The position numbers and the translations under genes are program-made. Shown piece after piece: positions 25,892-36,188 of a DNA stretch of 64,000 bases. The notes under the pieces were generated by a model, which saw nothing but the letters and a program-made list of their open reading frames with translations, had not been told where the DNA came from and did no database searches. The DNA lies in the NCBI GenBank assembly GCA_046290225.1, contig JBKAGE010000001.1, forward strand, positions 32,001 through 96,000. Direction: 5' to 3'. Source of the DNA: Bradymonadia bacterium (GTDB lineage Bacteria > Myxococcota_A > Bradymonadia > UBA7976 > UBA1532). Within the stretch, counting starts at the first letter, position 1. The number at the start of each line of letters is the position of its first letter.

Positions 25892-27123
25892 GCGCTGGGG
25901 CCAAGAGCAGCGGACCTCTCAAGCCCCCTGTGATCCGGCTCACCAAGAAGGGCCTGCGGCGGCTTCGCTCCGGGCACCCCTGGATCTTCCAGAGCGACAT
26001 CGCCGACGTGCCCGACTCCACCGTCGGTGGTGATCTCGTGAAGGTCGCCGGGCCTGATGGCCGCGCCCTCGCCGTGGCGGCTTACTCTGCCACGTCTCTC
26101 ATCACCCTGCGCTGTATACCCCTCACCCTCAAAGAGGACTTCGAGGCTGGGTGGATGCGCCTCATCGACGCCGCCATTCAGCGCCGCGGAGGCGGCCGTC
26201 AGGGTCAGCGACTCGTCAACGGTGATGCCGACGGACTGCCGGGCCTCATCGTCGATCAATATGACGACGCCATCAGCATTCAAGCGCTGAGCCAGGCGGC
26301 TGACCGCCGCCTCGACCCCCTCGTCGAGCACCTCAAGGCGTCGCTGGGCCCCACCCTCCTCGTGGCGCGGAACGATCCCCGGGTACGCACCCTCGAAGGG
26401 CTCCCCCAAGAAAAGAAGATCCTCTACTCAGCGGAGGGCCGCGCCGAGAGCACCCGCAGCCTCGTGCAGCTCGGCGAAGTGAAGATGGAGATCGACCTCT
26501 TCGAAGGGCAGAAAACCGGCGCGTTCCTCGATCAAGTGGGCAACTGGGTCCGGGCCGGTGAGATCGCCCAACACATGCTCGCAGAGCAGGGCGAGGGCGC
26601 CACGCTCAAGGCCCTCGACTGCTGTTGTTACAACGGGGGCTTCTCGCTGCACCTCGCTCAGGCAGGTGCCGAGGTCACTGCCATCGACGCCAGCGCGGTG
26701 GCCTTGGAGCGCGTGCGCGCCAACGCCGAGACCAACGGGCTGAGCGATCGTGTCACCCCCCTCGAGGCGAACGTCTTCGATCAGCTGAGGGCCTACGAGG
26801 CCGAAGGGACCACCTTCGACCTCATCGTGCTCGATCCCCCAGCCTTCGCCAAGCGCAAGAGCGCGCTGAAGTCGGGGCAGCGCGCCTACAAGGAGATCAA
26901 CCTCCGGGCGCTGAAGCTGCTCCGCCCCGGCGGGCGACTGATCACGTGCTCGTGCAGCGCTCAGATGACTCGGCCCCGCTTCGAAGAGATGCTCCGCGAG
27001 GCCGCCGCCGACGCCCGGCGTTGGGTGCGGATCCTCGAGCGCAGAGGCGCAGGGCCTGATCACCCTACGCTGATCACCGCCCCGGAGACGGACTACCTGA
27101 AGGTGCTCGTCGCCGAAGCCTGA
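25888..27123 (+). CDS. rlmI: RlmI/RlmK-family rRNA methyltransferase (PUA domain plus class I MTase)
   Basis: GHPWIF, DGLPGLIVDQY, GQKTGAFLDQ, FDLIVLDPPAF, TCSCS, DHP and YLK. Confidence 0.85.
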   Translation: MSAGAKSSGPLKPPVIRLTKKGLRRLRSGHPWIFQSDIADVPDSTVGGDLVKVAGPDGRALAVAAYSATSLITLRCIPLTLKEDFEAGWMRLIDAAIQRRGGGRQGQRLVNGDADGLPGLIVDQYDDAISIQALSQAADRRLDPLVEHLKASLGPTLLVARNDPRVRTLEGLPQEKKILYSAEGRAESTRSLVQLGEVKMEIDLFEGQKTGAFLDQVGNWVRAGEIAQHMLAEQGEGATLKALDCCCYNGGFSLHLAQAGAEVTAIDASAVALERVRANAETNGLSDRVTPLEANVFDQLRAYEAEGTTFDLIVLDPPAFAKRKSALKSGQRAYKEINLRALKLLRPGGRLITCSCSAQMTRPRFEEMLREAAADARRWVRILERRGAGPDHPTLITAPETDYLKVLVAEA

Positions 27124-27156
27124 TCGACGGCGAGCCGAGCGCGGAGTTTCATCGGC

Positions 27157-28194
27157 ATGTATGCACTCACCCGCCCACTGCTCTTCTCCTTGTCGCCGGA
27201 GCGCGCCCACAATCTGGTCATGGGCAGCCTCGCCGCCGCGGGCCCCCTCGCCCGGCTCACCGCACGGCTCACTTCGGGCACACCAGATCCCGCGCTGGCG
27301 ACGGAGATCGCCGGCCTGAAGCTGCCGAGCCCGGTGGGGCTCGCTGCAGGCCTCGACAAAGATGGGCGGCTGATCCCCTTCTGGCCTGCGCTGGGGTTTG
27401 GGTTCATCGAGGTGGGTACGGTGACGGCCCACCCTCAGGCGGGCAACCCCAAGCCCCGCATGTTCCGGTTTCCCGAGCAGAGGGCTCTCATCAACCGGAT
27501 GGGGTTCAACAATCAGGGCAGCGCTGCCCTCGCCGAGCGTCTCAAGCGCTTGCGAGAAAGCGGGCCCGAGCTGCCCGTGCCTCTGGGCGTCAATCTGGGC
27601 AAGTCGAAGATCACCCCCCTCGAAGACGCCGTAGAGGACTACGCCATCAGCACTGAGCGGGTGGCCCGCTACGCCGACTATCTGGTCATCAACGTCAGCT
27701 CACCGAACACACCCGGGCTGCGCAGCCTGCAGGGCGCCGAAACCCTGGGTGAGATCGTCGCCGCCGTGGTGGCTCGCCGAGAGGGCCGCCCAGTCTTCGT
27801 GAAGCTGGCGCCCGATCTCACCTTCGAGGCCCTCGACGAGGCCGTGGCGGTGGCAGAAGACAACGGCGCGGAAGGCATCATCGCCACCAACACCACCATC
27901 GAGCGCCACGGCATCACCGAGGATGTGGGCAATGGCGGGCTCTCCGGAGCGCCCCTGCGCCCTCGAGCCCTCGAGGTGGTCCGTCATGTGGTGCCGAAAA
28001 CGAAGCTGCCGGTGATCGCCGTGGGGGGCATCTCCACGGCAGCCCATGTGCTCGAAGCGTTGGAGGCGGGCGCCAAAGCGGTGCAGATCTACTCGGCCCT
28101 GATCTTCGAGGGCCCAGGGCTGGTCAAGCGCCTCAACCGCGGCATCGCCGACGGTTTGGGCCCGGGGCTGCTCAAGGCGCCAGGCGACCGCTGA
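27157..28194 (+). CDS. pyrD: Quinone-dependent dihydroorotate dehydrogenase
   Basis: GLAAGLDKDG, GNPKPRMFR, INRMGFNN, NVSSPNTPGLR, KLAPD, ATNTT and GGLSG. Confidence 0.97.
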   Translation: MYALTRPLLFSLSPERAHNLVMGSLAAAGPLARLTARLTSGTPDPALATEIAGLKLPSPVGLAAGLDKDGRLIPFWPALGFGFIEVGTVTAHPQAGNPKPRMFRFPEQRALINRMGFNNQGSAALAERLKRLRESGPELPVPLGVNLGKSKITPLEDAVEDYAISTERVARYADYLVINVSSPNTPGLRSLQGAETLGEIVAAVVARREGRPVFVKLAPDLTFEALDEAVAVAEDNGAEGIIATNTTIERHGITEDVGNGGLSGAPLRPRALEVVRHVVPKTKLPVIAVGGISTAAHVLEALEAGAKAVQIYSALIFEGPGLVKRLNRGIADGLGPGLLKAPGDR

Positions 28195-29167
28195 GATACT
28201 GCGCCACACGCTCGATGGATTCGGGGCGCTCGCCGAACATACGGGTGCCGTGGGCCCCAGGATCGAACTCCTCAAAATTCCAGATCTGCGGGGCGCCCTC
28301 TTGGAAGCCCGCACTCCATGCCCGCTCCGCTGTGGAGAAGACGAACTGCATGTGCTGTTGATCGAGGGTGGCTCGGTGATCAGCGATGTTGTTCTGGTTC
28401 TCGGTGTACCCGCCCCCAGTGAGCAGTACGAGGGCCCGAAGGGGCAGCGCCCCCTCGCCGAGGGTGTAGTCGAGGATGGAGGTGGTGCCGTTCGATGCGC
28501 CCACCAGGGCCAGACGGCTGCCATCGATGGCACATGGTGCCTCGTCGTTGAGCCAGCGCAAGGCCGCGACGACATCGAGACGCCCCTTGGGGCCTTCATA
28601 GGCTTCTTGAGCCACGCCTTCGGAACCGCCAGCCCCCCGACGATCGACGTTGAGCACCGTGATGCCGGCGCTGGTCAGGGCGTCGATGAAGGCCCGGGGG
28701 TAGTTGCTGCGATCATTGCTCGGCGGGATCATGTGGAACAACGCCACGGCAGGAGCGCCGGTTTGAGCGGCGGGATACCAGTCTGCCTGGAGCGTGACAC
28801 CGTCTTCTGTGGTGAAGGAGACCGGCCCTGCAGGTTGATTGCACGCCACCGGGGCAGCAGCATCAGGAGCAGACGCAGCATCTGAGCCGCCCATGGCGCC
28901 GGCATCTGCTGGCCCGGGCTGTCCCGCTGCGCCGCCCTGGCCACCGGCATTCTGGCCACCAGCGTTTTGGCCACCAGCATTCTGACCGCCTGCGTTTTGA
29001 CCCCCAGTGTTTTGACCCCCAGTGTTCTGGCCACCGGTGTTCTGGCCACCAGAGGCGCCCTGACCTGCAGCTCCAGTCCCACCGGCAGCGCCGTCATCGT
29101 CATCGTCACAGCCAGGGGTCCACAGACACACCGCGCCGAGCGCCACCATCAACCAGAATTGCCGCAC
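28172..29167 (-). CDS. Alpha/beta hydrolase lipoprotein with a GGQN(T/A) repeat linker
   Basis: AAGGA RBS before GTG; lipobox-like TPGC; nucleophile motif GASNG; His motif GAHGT. Confidence 0.8.
   Translation of the reverse strand: MRQFWLMVALGAVCLWTPGCDDDDDGAAGGTGAAGQGASGGQNTGGQNTGGQNTGGQNAGGQNAGGQNAGGQNAGGQGGAAGQPGPADAGAMGGSDAASAPDAAAPVACNQPAGPVSFTTEDGVTLQADWYPAAQTGAPAVALFHMIPPSNDRSNYPRAFIDALTSAGITVLNVDRRGAGGSEGVAQEAYEGPKGRLDVVAALRWLNDEAPCAIDGSRLALVGASNGTTSILDYTLGEGALPLRALVLLTGGGYTENQNNIADHRATLDQQHMQFVFSTAERAWSAGFQEGAPQIWNFEEFDPGAHGTRMFGERPESIERVAQYLSGRLAP
28937..29050 (-). repeat. In-frame 15-bp degenerate tandem repeat encoding (GGQN[T/A])7
   Basis: Translated run GGQNT x3, GGQNA x4, then GGQ. 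Confidence 0.9.
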
Positions 29168-29300
29168 GGGATTCCTTTCTGAACGCGCCCGCTCACCGCC
29201 TGGTGGCTGAGCGCATGCTCGATTCTTGGGGCCGCTTGCCTTCGGTGTTGCCTTCACAGGCCCCATCGCCCATCGTTCGGCCCAGCAACGAGGGAGCCTG

Positions 29301-30161
29301 ATGTCGGACTTTCTGCCCACGTATACTCTGCTGCCCCCCGGGGATGTTACACCGAGCCACACCGCCGTGGTGCTCCACGGCATCTGGGGCTCGCGCCGGA
29401 ACTGGCAATCGTACATGCGCCGCATGTGCGAGCGACACCCCGACTGGCGATTCGTGCTCGTCGATCTGCGCAACCACGGTGACGCGCCGCCGGCACCTGC
29501 GCCTCATACCCTCTCCGCCTGCGCCGACGACATCGCCCGGTTGATGGATCACCTCGAGATGCGCCCTGACGTCATCATGGGCCACTCCTTCGGGGGCAAG
29601 GTGGCCATGGCCTTCGGTGATCAATATCCCGATGGTACCGACGCCATCTGGGTGCTCGACGCCTTGCCCGGTGCCCGAGTGGGTGTCGAAGCCGCAGACC
29701 AGGGTGAGGCGGTCCGGCTCATCGAGAACCTCCGCGCTGTTCCGCTCCCACTGGAGAGCCGAGAGGCCCTCGTCGAGGCCTTGAGCGCTCGCGGGTTCAG
29801 CCAGATGATCGCCCAGTGGATGACCACTAACCTGGTCCGCGGCCAGCATGACGGCGCTCAGGGCTTCGTGTGGCGCTTCAACATCGACGGCATCGAGGCC
29901 ATGCTCGCCGACTACTTCCAGCACGACTACTGGCCTTTCCTCGAAGCGAGAGCTGCGGGGTTCCCAGGGCCTGAGATCAAGCTGCTTCGGGCGGCGCGGA
30001 GCGATCGCTGGACCCCGGAGATCATCGCCCGGTTCGAAGAGATAGCCTCCGAGCACGTGAGCGTGCATCTGCTCCCCGACGCCGGTCATTGGGTGCACGT
30101 CGACAACCCCGAAGGCCTCGCCATCCTGCTCACCGAATGGTTCGACGCCGTCGGCCACTGA
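29301..30161 (+). CDS. Alpha/beta hydrolase (YbfF/ABHD11-like esterase)
   Basis: LHGIWGS, DLRNHG, GHSFGGKVA and AGHWVHVDNP. Confidence 0.9.
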   Translation: MSDFLPTYTLLPPGDVTPSHTAVVLHGIWGSRRNWQSYMRRMCERHPDWRFVLVDLRNHGDAPPAPAPHTLSACADDIARLMDHLEMRPDVIMGHSFGGKVAMAFGDQYPDGTDAIWVLDALPGARVGVEAADQGEAVRLIENLRAVPLPLESREALVEALSARGFSQMIAQWMTTNLVRGQHDGAQGFVWRFNIDGIEAMLADYFQHDYWPFLEARAAGFPGPEIKLLRAARSDRWTPEIIARFEEIASEHVSVHLLPDAGHWVHVDNPEGLAILLTEWFDAVGH

Positions 30162-30194
30162 CGACACCGCCAGAGACGCCCAACGAGATCGATC

Positions 30195-31367
30195 ATGCCC
30201 AGATTCCCAGCGCTTTCCCCCACGATCACCGCCATGAGCGGCTCCCGCTTCTCCGAGGTGGTGCAGCGCGCCCGCCAGAGTGGGCAGCCCATCTGCCCGC
30301 TGCACATCGGTGACACCTGGATGCCGCCTGCCCAGGGCTGTCGGATGGAGGACTTCACCGCCGCCGAGCACCCCGGACTCAACCGCTATGCTCCGGTACA
30401 GGGCGTGCCCGCGCTCCTCGCAGCCATCACGGCTCAGTGCACCGAGCGCATGCAGGTCCCCACGGCCTCTGATCAGATCCTGGTGACCGCTGGCGCCACC
30501 GGGGGTCTGGGCGCCGCCCTGGGCGCCATGCTCGACCCTGGCGACGAGGTCATCATCCCCACCCCATACTGGCCCCTCATCGCCGGCATCGTGCGCACGT
30601 TCCGGGGCAAGGCGGTGGAGGCCCCCTTCTTCGGTGAGGCACAAACCGCCGAGCAGGCAGTGGCGCTGCTCGAAGCCGGGCGCACCGACCGCACGGTGGC
30701 TGTCTACATCAACTCCCCGAACAACCCCACAGGGCGCCTGATCCCCCGCAGCTGGATGCAGGCCATTGTTCAGTGGGCCACAGATCACGATCTGTGGCTC
30801 ATCGCCGACGAGGTGTACGAGCACTGTGTCTTCGCCGAGGGTCACGTCTATGTGCGATCGCTGGCACCCGATCGCACATTCTCGGTGCACTCATTCTCCA
30901 AGGCCTTCGGCATGGCGGGGAACCGTTGTGGTTACGTCGTCTGTCCACCTGCAGCCATGGTGGATGTGCGCAAGGTGAGCACGCACACCTTCTATTCGGC
31001 GCCCACGGCCTCTCAGCTCGCCGCAGCGCGCGTACTCGAAGGCCCCGGGCTCGCCTGGGCCGCCGAGGCCCGTGAGAAGTACCGCGCCCTCGGCGAGATG
31101 GCTGCCGAGCGCCTCGGGCTCCCAGCGCCCGAGGGCAGCACCTTCCTGTTCGTCGACGTCTCCAGCCAGCTCAGCGATCAGCTGCCCGAAGGCGAGTCCG
31201 GAGCCCTCGGCGCCTTCATGAATCAGCTTGCTGACCAGGGGCTGCTGCTGGCCCCCGGGCCCCGGTTCGGGCCCTACCCCAACCATGTCCGGGTGTGCTT
31301 CACCTCTGCCGCCCCGGAGATCATCACCCGCGGCATCGATATTTTGTGTCGCGCCCTCGACCGTTGA
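30195..31367 (+). CDS. PLP-dependent aminotransferase class I/II
   Basis: VTAGAT, NSPNNPTG, DEVY and SFSKAFGMAGNRCG. Confidence 0.92.
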   Translation: MPRFPALSPTITAMSGSRFSEVVQRARQSGQPICPLHIGDTWMPPAQGCRMEDFTAAEHPGLNRYAPVQGVPALLAAITAQCTERMQVPTASDQILVTAGATGGLGAALGAMLDPGDEVIIPTPYWPLIAGIVRTFRGKAVEAPFFGEAQTAEQAVALLEAGRTDRTVAVYINSPNNPTGRLIPRSWMQAIVQWATDHDLWLIADEVYEHCVFAEGHVYVRSLAPDRTFSVHSFSKAFGMAGNRCGYVVCPPAAMVDVRKVSTHTFYSAPTASQLAAARVLEGPGLAWAAEAREKYRALGEMAAERLGLPAPEGSTFLFVDVSSQLSDQLPEGESGALGAFMNQLADQGLLLAPGPRFGPYPNHVRVCFTSAAPEIITRGIDILCRALDR

Positions 31368-31529
31368 CACCCCGCCGCTGACGATCTGCCCGCCGCCTGC
31401 CCTTTTTTCTTTAGAGGGCTTGCCAGCTCACCGAATCAAGTAGACGCTTGGCACCCCAGGGTGCAGCTCAAGGGGGGCCGTCCATCCCTCCGAGACTGTA
31501 TTGGGCAGCCCTTGAGGGAGGGTCGGTAC

Positions 31530-33098
31530 ATGAGTCATGACGTCGAACCATTGTTGCTCATCGAGGATGATGAGCTTGATGCATTTGCCATCCAGAGGCG
31601 CCTCAAAAAAGAAGGCTGCCTGACACCTGTGCACCACCTCATGTCTCTCACCGAGGCAGAAGCCTGGCTCGAACACAACACCCCCTCCATCATTCTGAGC
31701 GATCTCAACCTCACTGACTCTCGCGGCATGGAGACGGTGAGGCGTATTCGTCAGGCAGCCCCTGATGTCGGGCTGGTGGTGCTCACGGGGCTCGCCGGCG
31801 ACGACATCGGTGTCGAGGCGGTGCGTCAGGGCGCCCAGGAGTACCTAGTCAAAGGGCAGCTTGAGAACCAGCTCAACCGCACCCTCCGGTACGCCACCGA
31901 GCGCGCCCGGGTGGAGCAAGCCCTCAAAGCCAGCCAGCAGGCCCTGCTGGAAGCCCACAAACAAGAGGCCATCGGGCGCCTCGCCGCTAAGGTGGCCCAC
32001 GATCTCAACAACATGCTCACCCTGATCCTCCCCTGCGCTGACATGCTCAAGATGCGGCTGCACGGCGATGAAGAGGCCCTCGGTGACGTCAAGATGATCC
32101 TCGAAGCGGCACGGCGCTCGAAGAGCCTCGTCCGCGGCCTGCTGGCCTTTGGCCGCAAACAGATCCTCCGGCCCGCCCCCCTCGACCTCTGCGCGCTGCT
32201 CGAGCGGTTCAACCCCCTCATCGATCGCACGCTCGGTGGCAGCATCACCCTCGAATACGCTCTGGACGACGATCTGCCCCCGGTGCTCTTCGACACCTCG
32301 CAGATGGAGCTGATCCTGGTGAACCTCGCGGCCAACGCCCGCGAGGCGGTGAAGCCTGGTGGTGGCCGCGCCCGCATCACGGTGCGACACGCCTCAAAGG
32401 ACCGCCCCGTGGGCGTGCCCGACGGCCCCTTCGCCGAGCTGATCTTCGAAGATGAAGGTCAAGGCATCGCCCCTGACGTGCTCCCTCGCCTCTTCGAGCC
32501 GTTCTTCACCACCAAGCCCGCCTCGGGCCACGGTGTGGGCCTGGCAAGTGTGTACGGCGTGATGCGCCAAAGCGGAGGGCACATTTGCGTGGAGAGCGAG
32601 TACGGTCGTTGGACCCGCTTTACGCTCTATGTGCCCTTTGCCGAAGCAGCGGCTCAGGCCCCGACGATGGAGATCTCCGAGATCATCGAGCAGCCTCCTG
32701 GGGGGTCAGAGCGTATTCTGGTGGTCGAAGACGAGGCTGGTGTGCGGCAAGTGGTGGTGCGCACCCTCATTCAAGCGGGCTACACAGTGCTCGACGCCGG
32801 CAACGGCCCTGAGGCGCTACAGGTCGAAGCCTGCAGCGACAAACACCGGCTCGATCTGCTGCTCAGCGATGTGGTGATGCCCCACACCAACACCGGCGCC
32901 TTCGTCAAAGAGATGTGCCGGCGTCGGCCAGGGATGAAGGTGATGTTCATGTCTGGGTATGCCGCTGACGAGACGGTGCGTCATGGCGTCGAGCTCGGCG
33001 AGCACGGCTTCTTGCACAAGCCCTTCACGGGGAATGGGCTCCTCCGAGCGGTTCGGAAAGCCCTCGATCAGAGTCAGTCGGCGGCCTTCACCGGCTGA
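31530..33098 (+). CDS. Cytoplasmic hybrid histidine kinase (REC-HisKA-HATPase-REC)
   Basis: REC (IEDD...SDLNL...YLVKG), H-box VAHDLNN, N-box NLAANAREA, FEPFFTTK, GVGL and a second REC (VEDE...SDVVMP...KPF). Confidence 0.93.
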   Translation: MSHDVEPLLLIEDDELDAFAIQRRLKKEGCLTPVHHLMSLTEAEAWLEHNTPSIILSDLNLTDSRGMETVRRIRQAAPDVGLVVLTGLAGDDIGVEAVRQGAQEYLVKGQLENQLNRTLRYATERARVEQALKASQQALLEAHKQEAIGRLAAKVAHDLNNMLTLILPCADMLKMRLHGDEEALGDVKMILEAARRSKSLVRGLLAFGRKQILRPAPLDLCALLERFNPLIDRTLGGSITLEYALDDDLPPVLFDTSQMELILVNLAANAREAVKPGGGRARITVRHASKDRPVGVPDGPFAELIFEDEGQGIAPDVLPRLFEPFFTTKPASGHGVGLASVYGVMRQSGGHICVESEYGRWTRFTLYVPFAEAAAQAPTMEISEIIEQPPGGSERILVVEDEAGVRQVVVRTLIQAGYTVLDAGNGPEALQVEACSDKHRLDLLLSDVVMPHTNTGAFVKEMCRRRPGMKVMFMSGYAADETVRHGVELGEHGFLHKPFTGNGLLRAVRKALDQSQSAAFTG

Positions 33099-33796
33099 AA
33101 CCACTGGAACACCTGCACCCCGTACAGCCGGGGCATGCCCTCTTCGAACCGCAGCGCCACACCACACCCCATTTGTTTGCCCTGATCGCTGAGGATGTTC
33201 TCGCGATGCCCCGGTGATTTCATCCACTGCTCGACGATGGCCTTCGCAAAGGATCGATAGCTGTGCGGTGGGATGGGCTTACCCCCGGGGCGAGTGGCGA
33301 AATGACCCCTCTCCCGGTCGATCACGTACACCGCGCTGCCATTCGGCAAGTCGAGCCCTGTGCGCACAGCGACGTTCTCGGCGATGTACGGGTTGCTGAT
33401 ACCGGCGAGGCGCGCCCGCTCAGTGGGCCCTTTGCGCTTGGTGCTGTAGCGATCAGTGTGGCCGAAGAACTTCAGCCGGGCCATCCGACCAGCGTGGCCC
33501 TGGGCAGCCCGGGCGAGGCGCTTCTCGGTCGGCAACGCCTCGAGACCATGACGGGTGCGGGTGGTGTTGGTGATCTCACAAATGGCAGCACTCAAGCGCG
33601 GCAGATCGAGATCGTCGAAGTTCATGCGCGCATCTGGCACCTGGCGGTCTGGTGGATGCGCTGAGTCCCCCGGCGATGTCGCTGGCCGCTCTGCTGCAGC
33701 CTGACTGCTCATGAGACACACGCTCAGGGCGGTGGTGATCAACAGGGGGAAAGATCGCACGAGGGTCAGGGTGGGTCGATTCGTTGTGAGGTGCAT
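33074..33796 (-). CDS. Secreted CAP/SCP-domain protein
   Basis: TNTTRTRHGL, AAQGHA, FFGH, AENVA and WMKSPGHRENIL. Confidence 0.9.
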   Translation of the reverse strand: MHLTTNRPTLTLVRSFPLLITTALSVCLMSSQAAAERPATSPGDSAHPPDRQVPDARMNFDDLDLPRLSAAICEITNTTRTRHGLEALPTEKRLARAAQGHAGRMARLKFFGHTDRYSTKRKGPTERARLAGISNPYIAENVAVRTGLDLPNGSAVYVIDRERGHFATRPGGKPIPPHSYRSFAKAIVEQWMKSPGHRENILSDQGKQMGCGVALRFEEGMPRLYGVQVFQWFQPVKAAD

Positions 33797-33893
33797 CAGG
33801 ATCTCCTCTTCGGCATACGCGTCTTCATCTCATCGAGATGACAGACGTGGGCCGAGGGAGAGTCATTCCTAGAAGAGTCAACTCTTCGGAAAC

Positions 33894-36188
33894 TCACTCT
33901 TCGGGGGCGCCCTCATCCTCACCCTCACCGAGGCCCTCGGGGGCCAGCGTGGTGAGAAAGGCTTCCGAGCCGGTCAAGGCCACAATCATCTCCGCGAGGC
34001 CTCCATCTTCGGCATCCAGGCGCTCGGCCATGAAGGCGATGCTGGCATCGTCGATCTCGTCTCCGAGGCCTTCCCAGCGGCCCATGCCATAGCGGAACCA
34101 CTGCCGCGCCATGCAGTTGAGGGCGTCGGGGTGCTGCGACAAAGCATCCGCCAGAGCCAGCGGCCCGTTGAAGTTGTCTTCGAGGCCGATGGTGCCGGCG
34201 ACGTGCCCTGAGTCGTCGATGGGCAGGCCCGCCTCGGTCAACCTAAAACGCCCGACGGCGTCGTACTTCTCGAACAAGAAGCCCACAGGGTTGATGAGGG
34301 CGTGGCAGTTGGCGCAGCTGTCGCCCCGCTGAGTGGTCATGGCGTCCCACCGCTGACGGGTGGTCATGGCGTCGTTCAGCTGGGGGGGCTGGGTGTTGAA
34401 GTCGGGGGGCGGCGGCATCTCCCGACACAAGATCTGCTCCTGAATGAACATGCCCCGGGCCACCGGAGACGTCTGAATGTGCTTGGAGGTCACCGAGAGC
34501 AAGCTGGCGTGGGTGAGCAGCCCCAGCCGCTGCTCTGTGGGCAGCGGGGTGTCGACGAAGTCGTTGGGCCCCAGGGAGCCCTGCACATCGACCCCATAGA
34601 AACGCCCGAGGCGGGTGTTCATGAACGACGAGGTGCTCACCATGAGATCGGCGTAGTCGCCCCCCTTGTCGAAGACGATGTATTCGATGAACGACAGCGT
34701 CTCTTTGAGGATGTCGCCTTTGAAGAGATCGAGGTTGCCGTCGTAGATCTCTTCGCTCCGGGAGATGGTGGGCACCTCGTAGAGCATCAGCCAGCGGGAG
34801 AAGAAGTCGAGGATCCGAGTCCGCGCCCGGGGATCTCCGAGCATACGCCGCGCCTGGCTCATGACCCCTTCACGGGTGTCGAGCTCACCGGCAGCGGCGG
34901 CCTGGAGCAACGCGTCGTCGGGCAACGAGCCCCAGAGGGCCTGCGCCAGCCGCCCGGCGAGTGACCAGCCGTCGAGAGGCACGCGACCGTTCTCGAGACG
35001 GGCGACGTCACCCCGCTCGAGCACGTAGAGGAACCGGGGAGAGAAGAAGACCCCGGCGAGCATGGCCTCGATGCCGGTGTGGAACCCGCCATCGGCGGCA
35101 CCAGCCTGATAAATGCGCCGCAGCTGCACCAGCTCCTCTTCGTCGAGCGGACGCCGCCACGCCCGCAACCCCACCCACTCGATGAATTGATCGAGGCAGG
35201 CCCGGCGCCGAGCATCGGCGTCTTCCACGGTCTGATCGATGGGCCCTTCGAACTCCAACCACTGCAGGTAGAAGTTGATGTCGCCTACGCCTTCCACGGA
35301 ATCATCGTTGATGAAGCGCACGTGGAACCGGGTCACCCCTTCGTCGAGGACTACGGCGTCGCTCTCGTAGGTGAACGGCTCGAGGCTGTTGACGTCGAAT
35401 TCGTGTACTGGCTCACCGTTCACTTCGATGACCACGTCGGGCCCTTCAAGGGCGAGTTGCTCCCCCCAAGCCCGCATGTGGAACCGGTACGCCCCAGGCT
35501 CGGTGATGTTGTAGTCGAAGAGCACGAAGCCGTTGATGAGATATGTGGCGAATTCGTCGCCGATGTCCTGACCGTCTGCACGGGTCATCTGCACGGACTG
35601 AATGCGCACCCGAGGGGCGGGCTCGCCGCAGTCGACGAAGCTCTCGATGGGGGGCAGCTTCTCGGCGAGGCGGTTGGCGATGACCTGGGCCGCCGTCCAG
35701 TGGGCCTCCACCATGATGTCGCTCGAGGACTGGCGCGAGGCGAGGTTCTCGAAACCCTTGAAGACAGCATCTGGTGGCAGCGCCGCGGTGACCTCGTCGA
35801 TGAAAGGCGATTCTTGCAACAGCAGATCCTCGCCGAGGAAGGCGATGAGATCTTTCATGCTGTTGTTGTACTCCTGCCGGGTCAGCCGCCTCAGGGTCAC
35901 GGGCCCACCAACGACATCATCAACACGCGCGTCGGGGAGAGGGCCCACCATGCTGGCGTCAGGCTCCAAGATCAGCGCGTCGGCGTCCGGCCCATCGCCC
36001 GACTCACCGCCGCTCGTTCGATCGAGGCAAACTTCGTTGAGGCAGATCTGGCCCTGCTCACAATCAGCCTGGGTGCTGCAGGTGTTGGGGTCGAGTAGCA
36101 GGCTGCACCCGCTGAACCACACCACCGCCATGATCCAGAGGCACATCGCCACTGCCGACATGCCCCGCATTTTGCGGTGGGGTTTCAT
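33894..36188 (-). CDS. DUF1587/DUF1595/DUF1592/DUF1588/DUF1585 multidomain lipoprotein with a heme c motif
   Basis: Lipobox FSGC; LRRLTRQEYNNS, RAWRRPL, SPRFLY, LWGSLPDDALL, GLLTHASLL, TSPVARG, CANCH and FEKYDAVGRFR. Confidence 0.88.
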   Translation of the reverse strand: MKPHRKMRGMSAVAMCLWIMAVVWFSGCSLLLDPNTCSTQADCEQGQICLNEVCLDRTSGGESGDGPDADALILEPDASMVGPLPDARVDDVVGGPVTLRRLTRQEYNNSMKDLIAFLGEDLLLQESPFIDEVTAALPPDAVFKGFENLASRQSSSDIMVEAHWTAAQVIANRLAEKLPPIESFVDCGEPAPRVRIQSVQMTRADGQDIGDEFATYLINGFVLFDYNITEPGAYRFHMRAWGEQLALEGPDVVIEVNGEPVHEFDVNSLEPFTYESDAVVLDEGVTRFHVRFINDDSVEGVGDINFYLQWLEFEGPIDQTVEDADARRRACLDQFIEWVGLRAWRRPLDEEELVQLRRIYQAGAADGGFHTGIEAMLAGVFFSPRFLYVLERGDVARLENGRVPLDGWSLAGRLAQALWGSLPDDALLQAAAAGELDTREGVMSQARRMLGDPRARTRILDFFSRWLMLYEVPTISRSEEIYDGNLDLFKGDILKETLSFIEYIVFDKGGDYADLMVSTSSFMNTRLGRFYGVDVQGSLGPNDFVDTPLPTEQRLGLLTHASLLSVTSKHIQTSPVARGMFIQEQILCREMPPPPDFNTQPPQLNDAMTTRQRWDAMTTQRGDSCANCHALINPVGFLFEKYDAVGRFRLTEAGLPIDDSGHVAGTIGLEDNFNGPLALADALSQHPDALNCMARQWFRYGMGRWEGLGDEIDDASIAFMAERLDAEDGGLAEMIVALTGSEAFLTTLAPEGLGEGEDEGAPEE

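Noticed and set aside
31530..33098. Sensor-less hybrid kinase as a novelty
   Set aside because: REC-HisKA-HATPase-REC proteins are common in this kind of genome.
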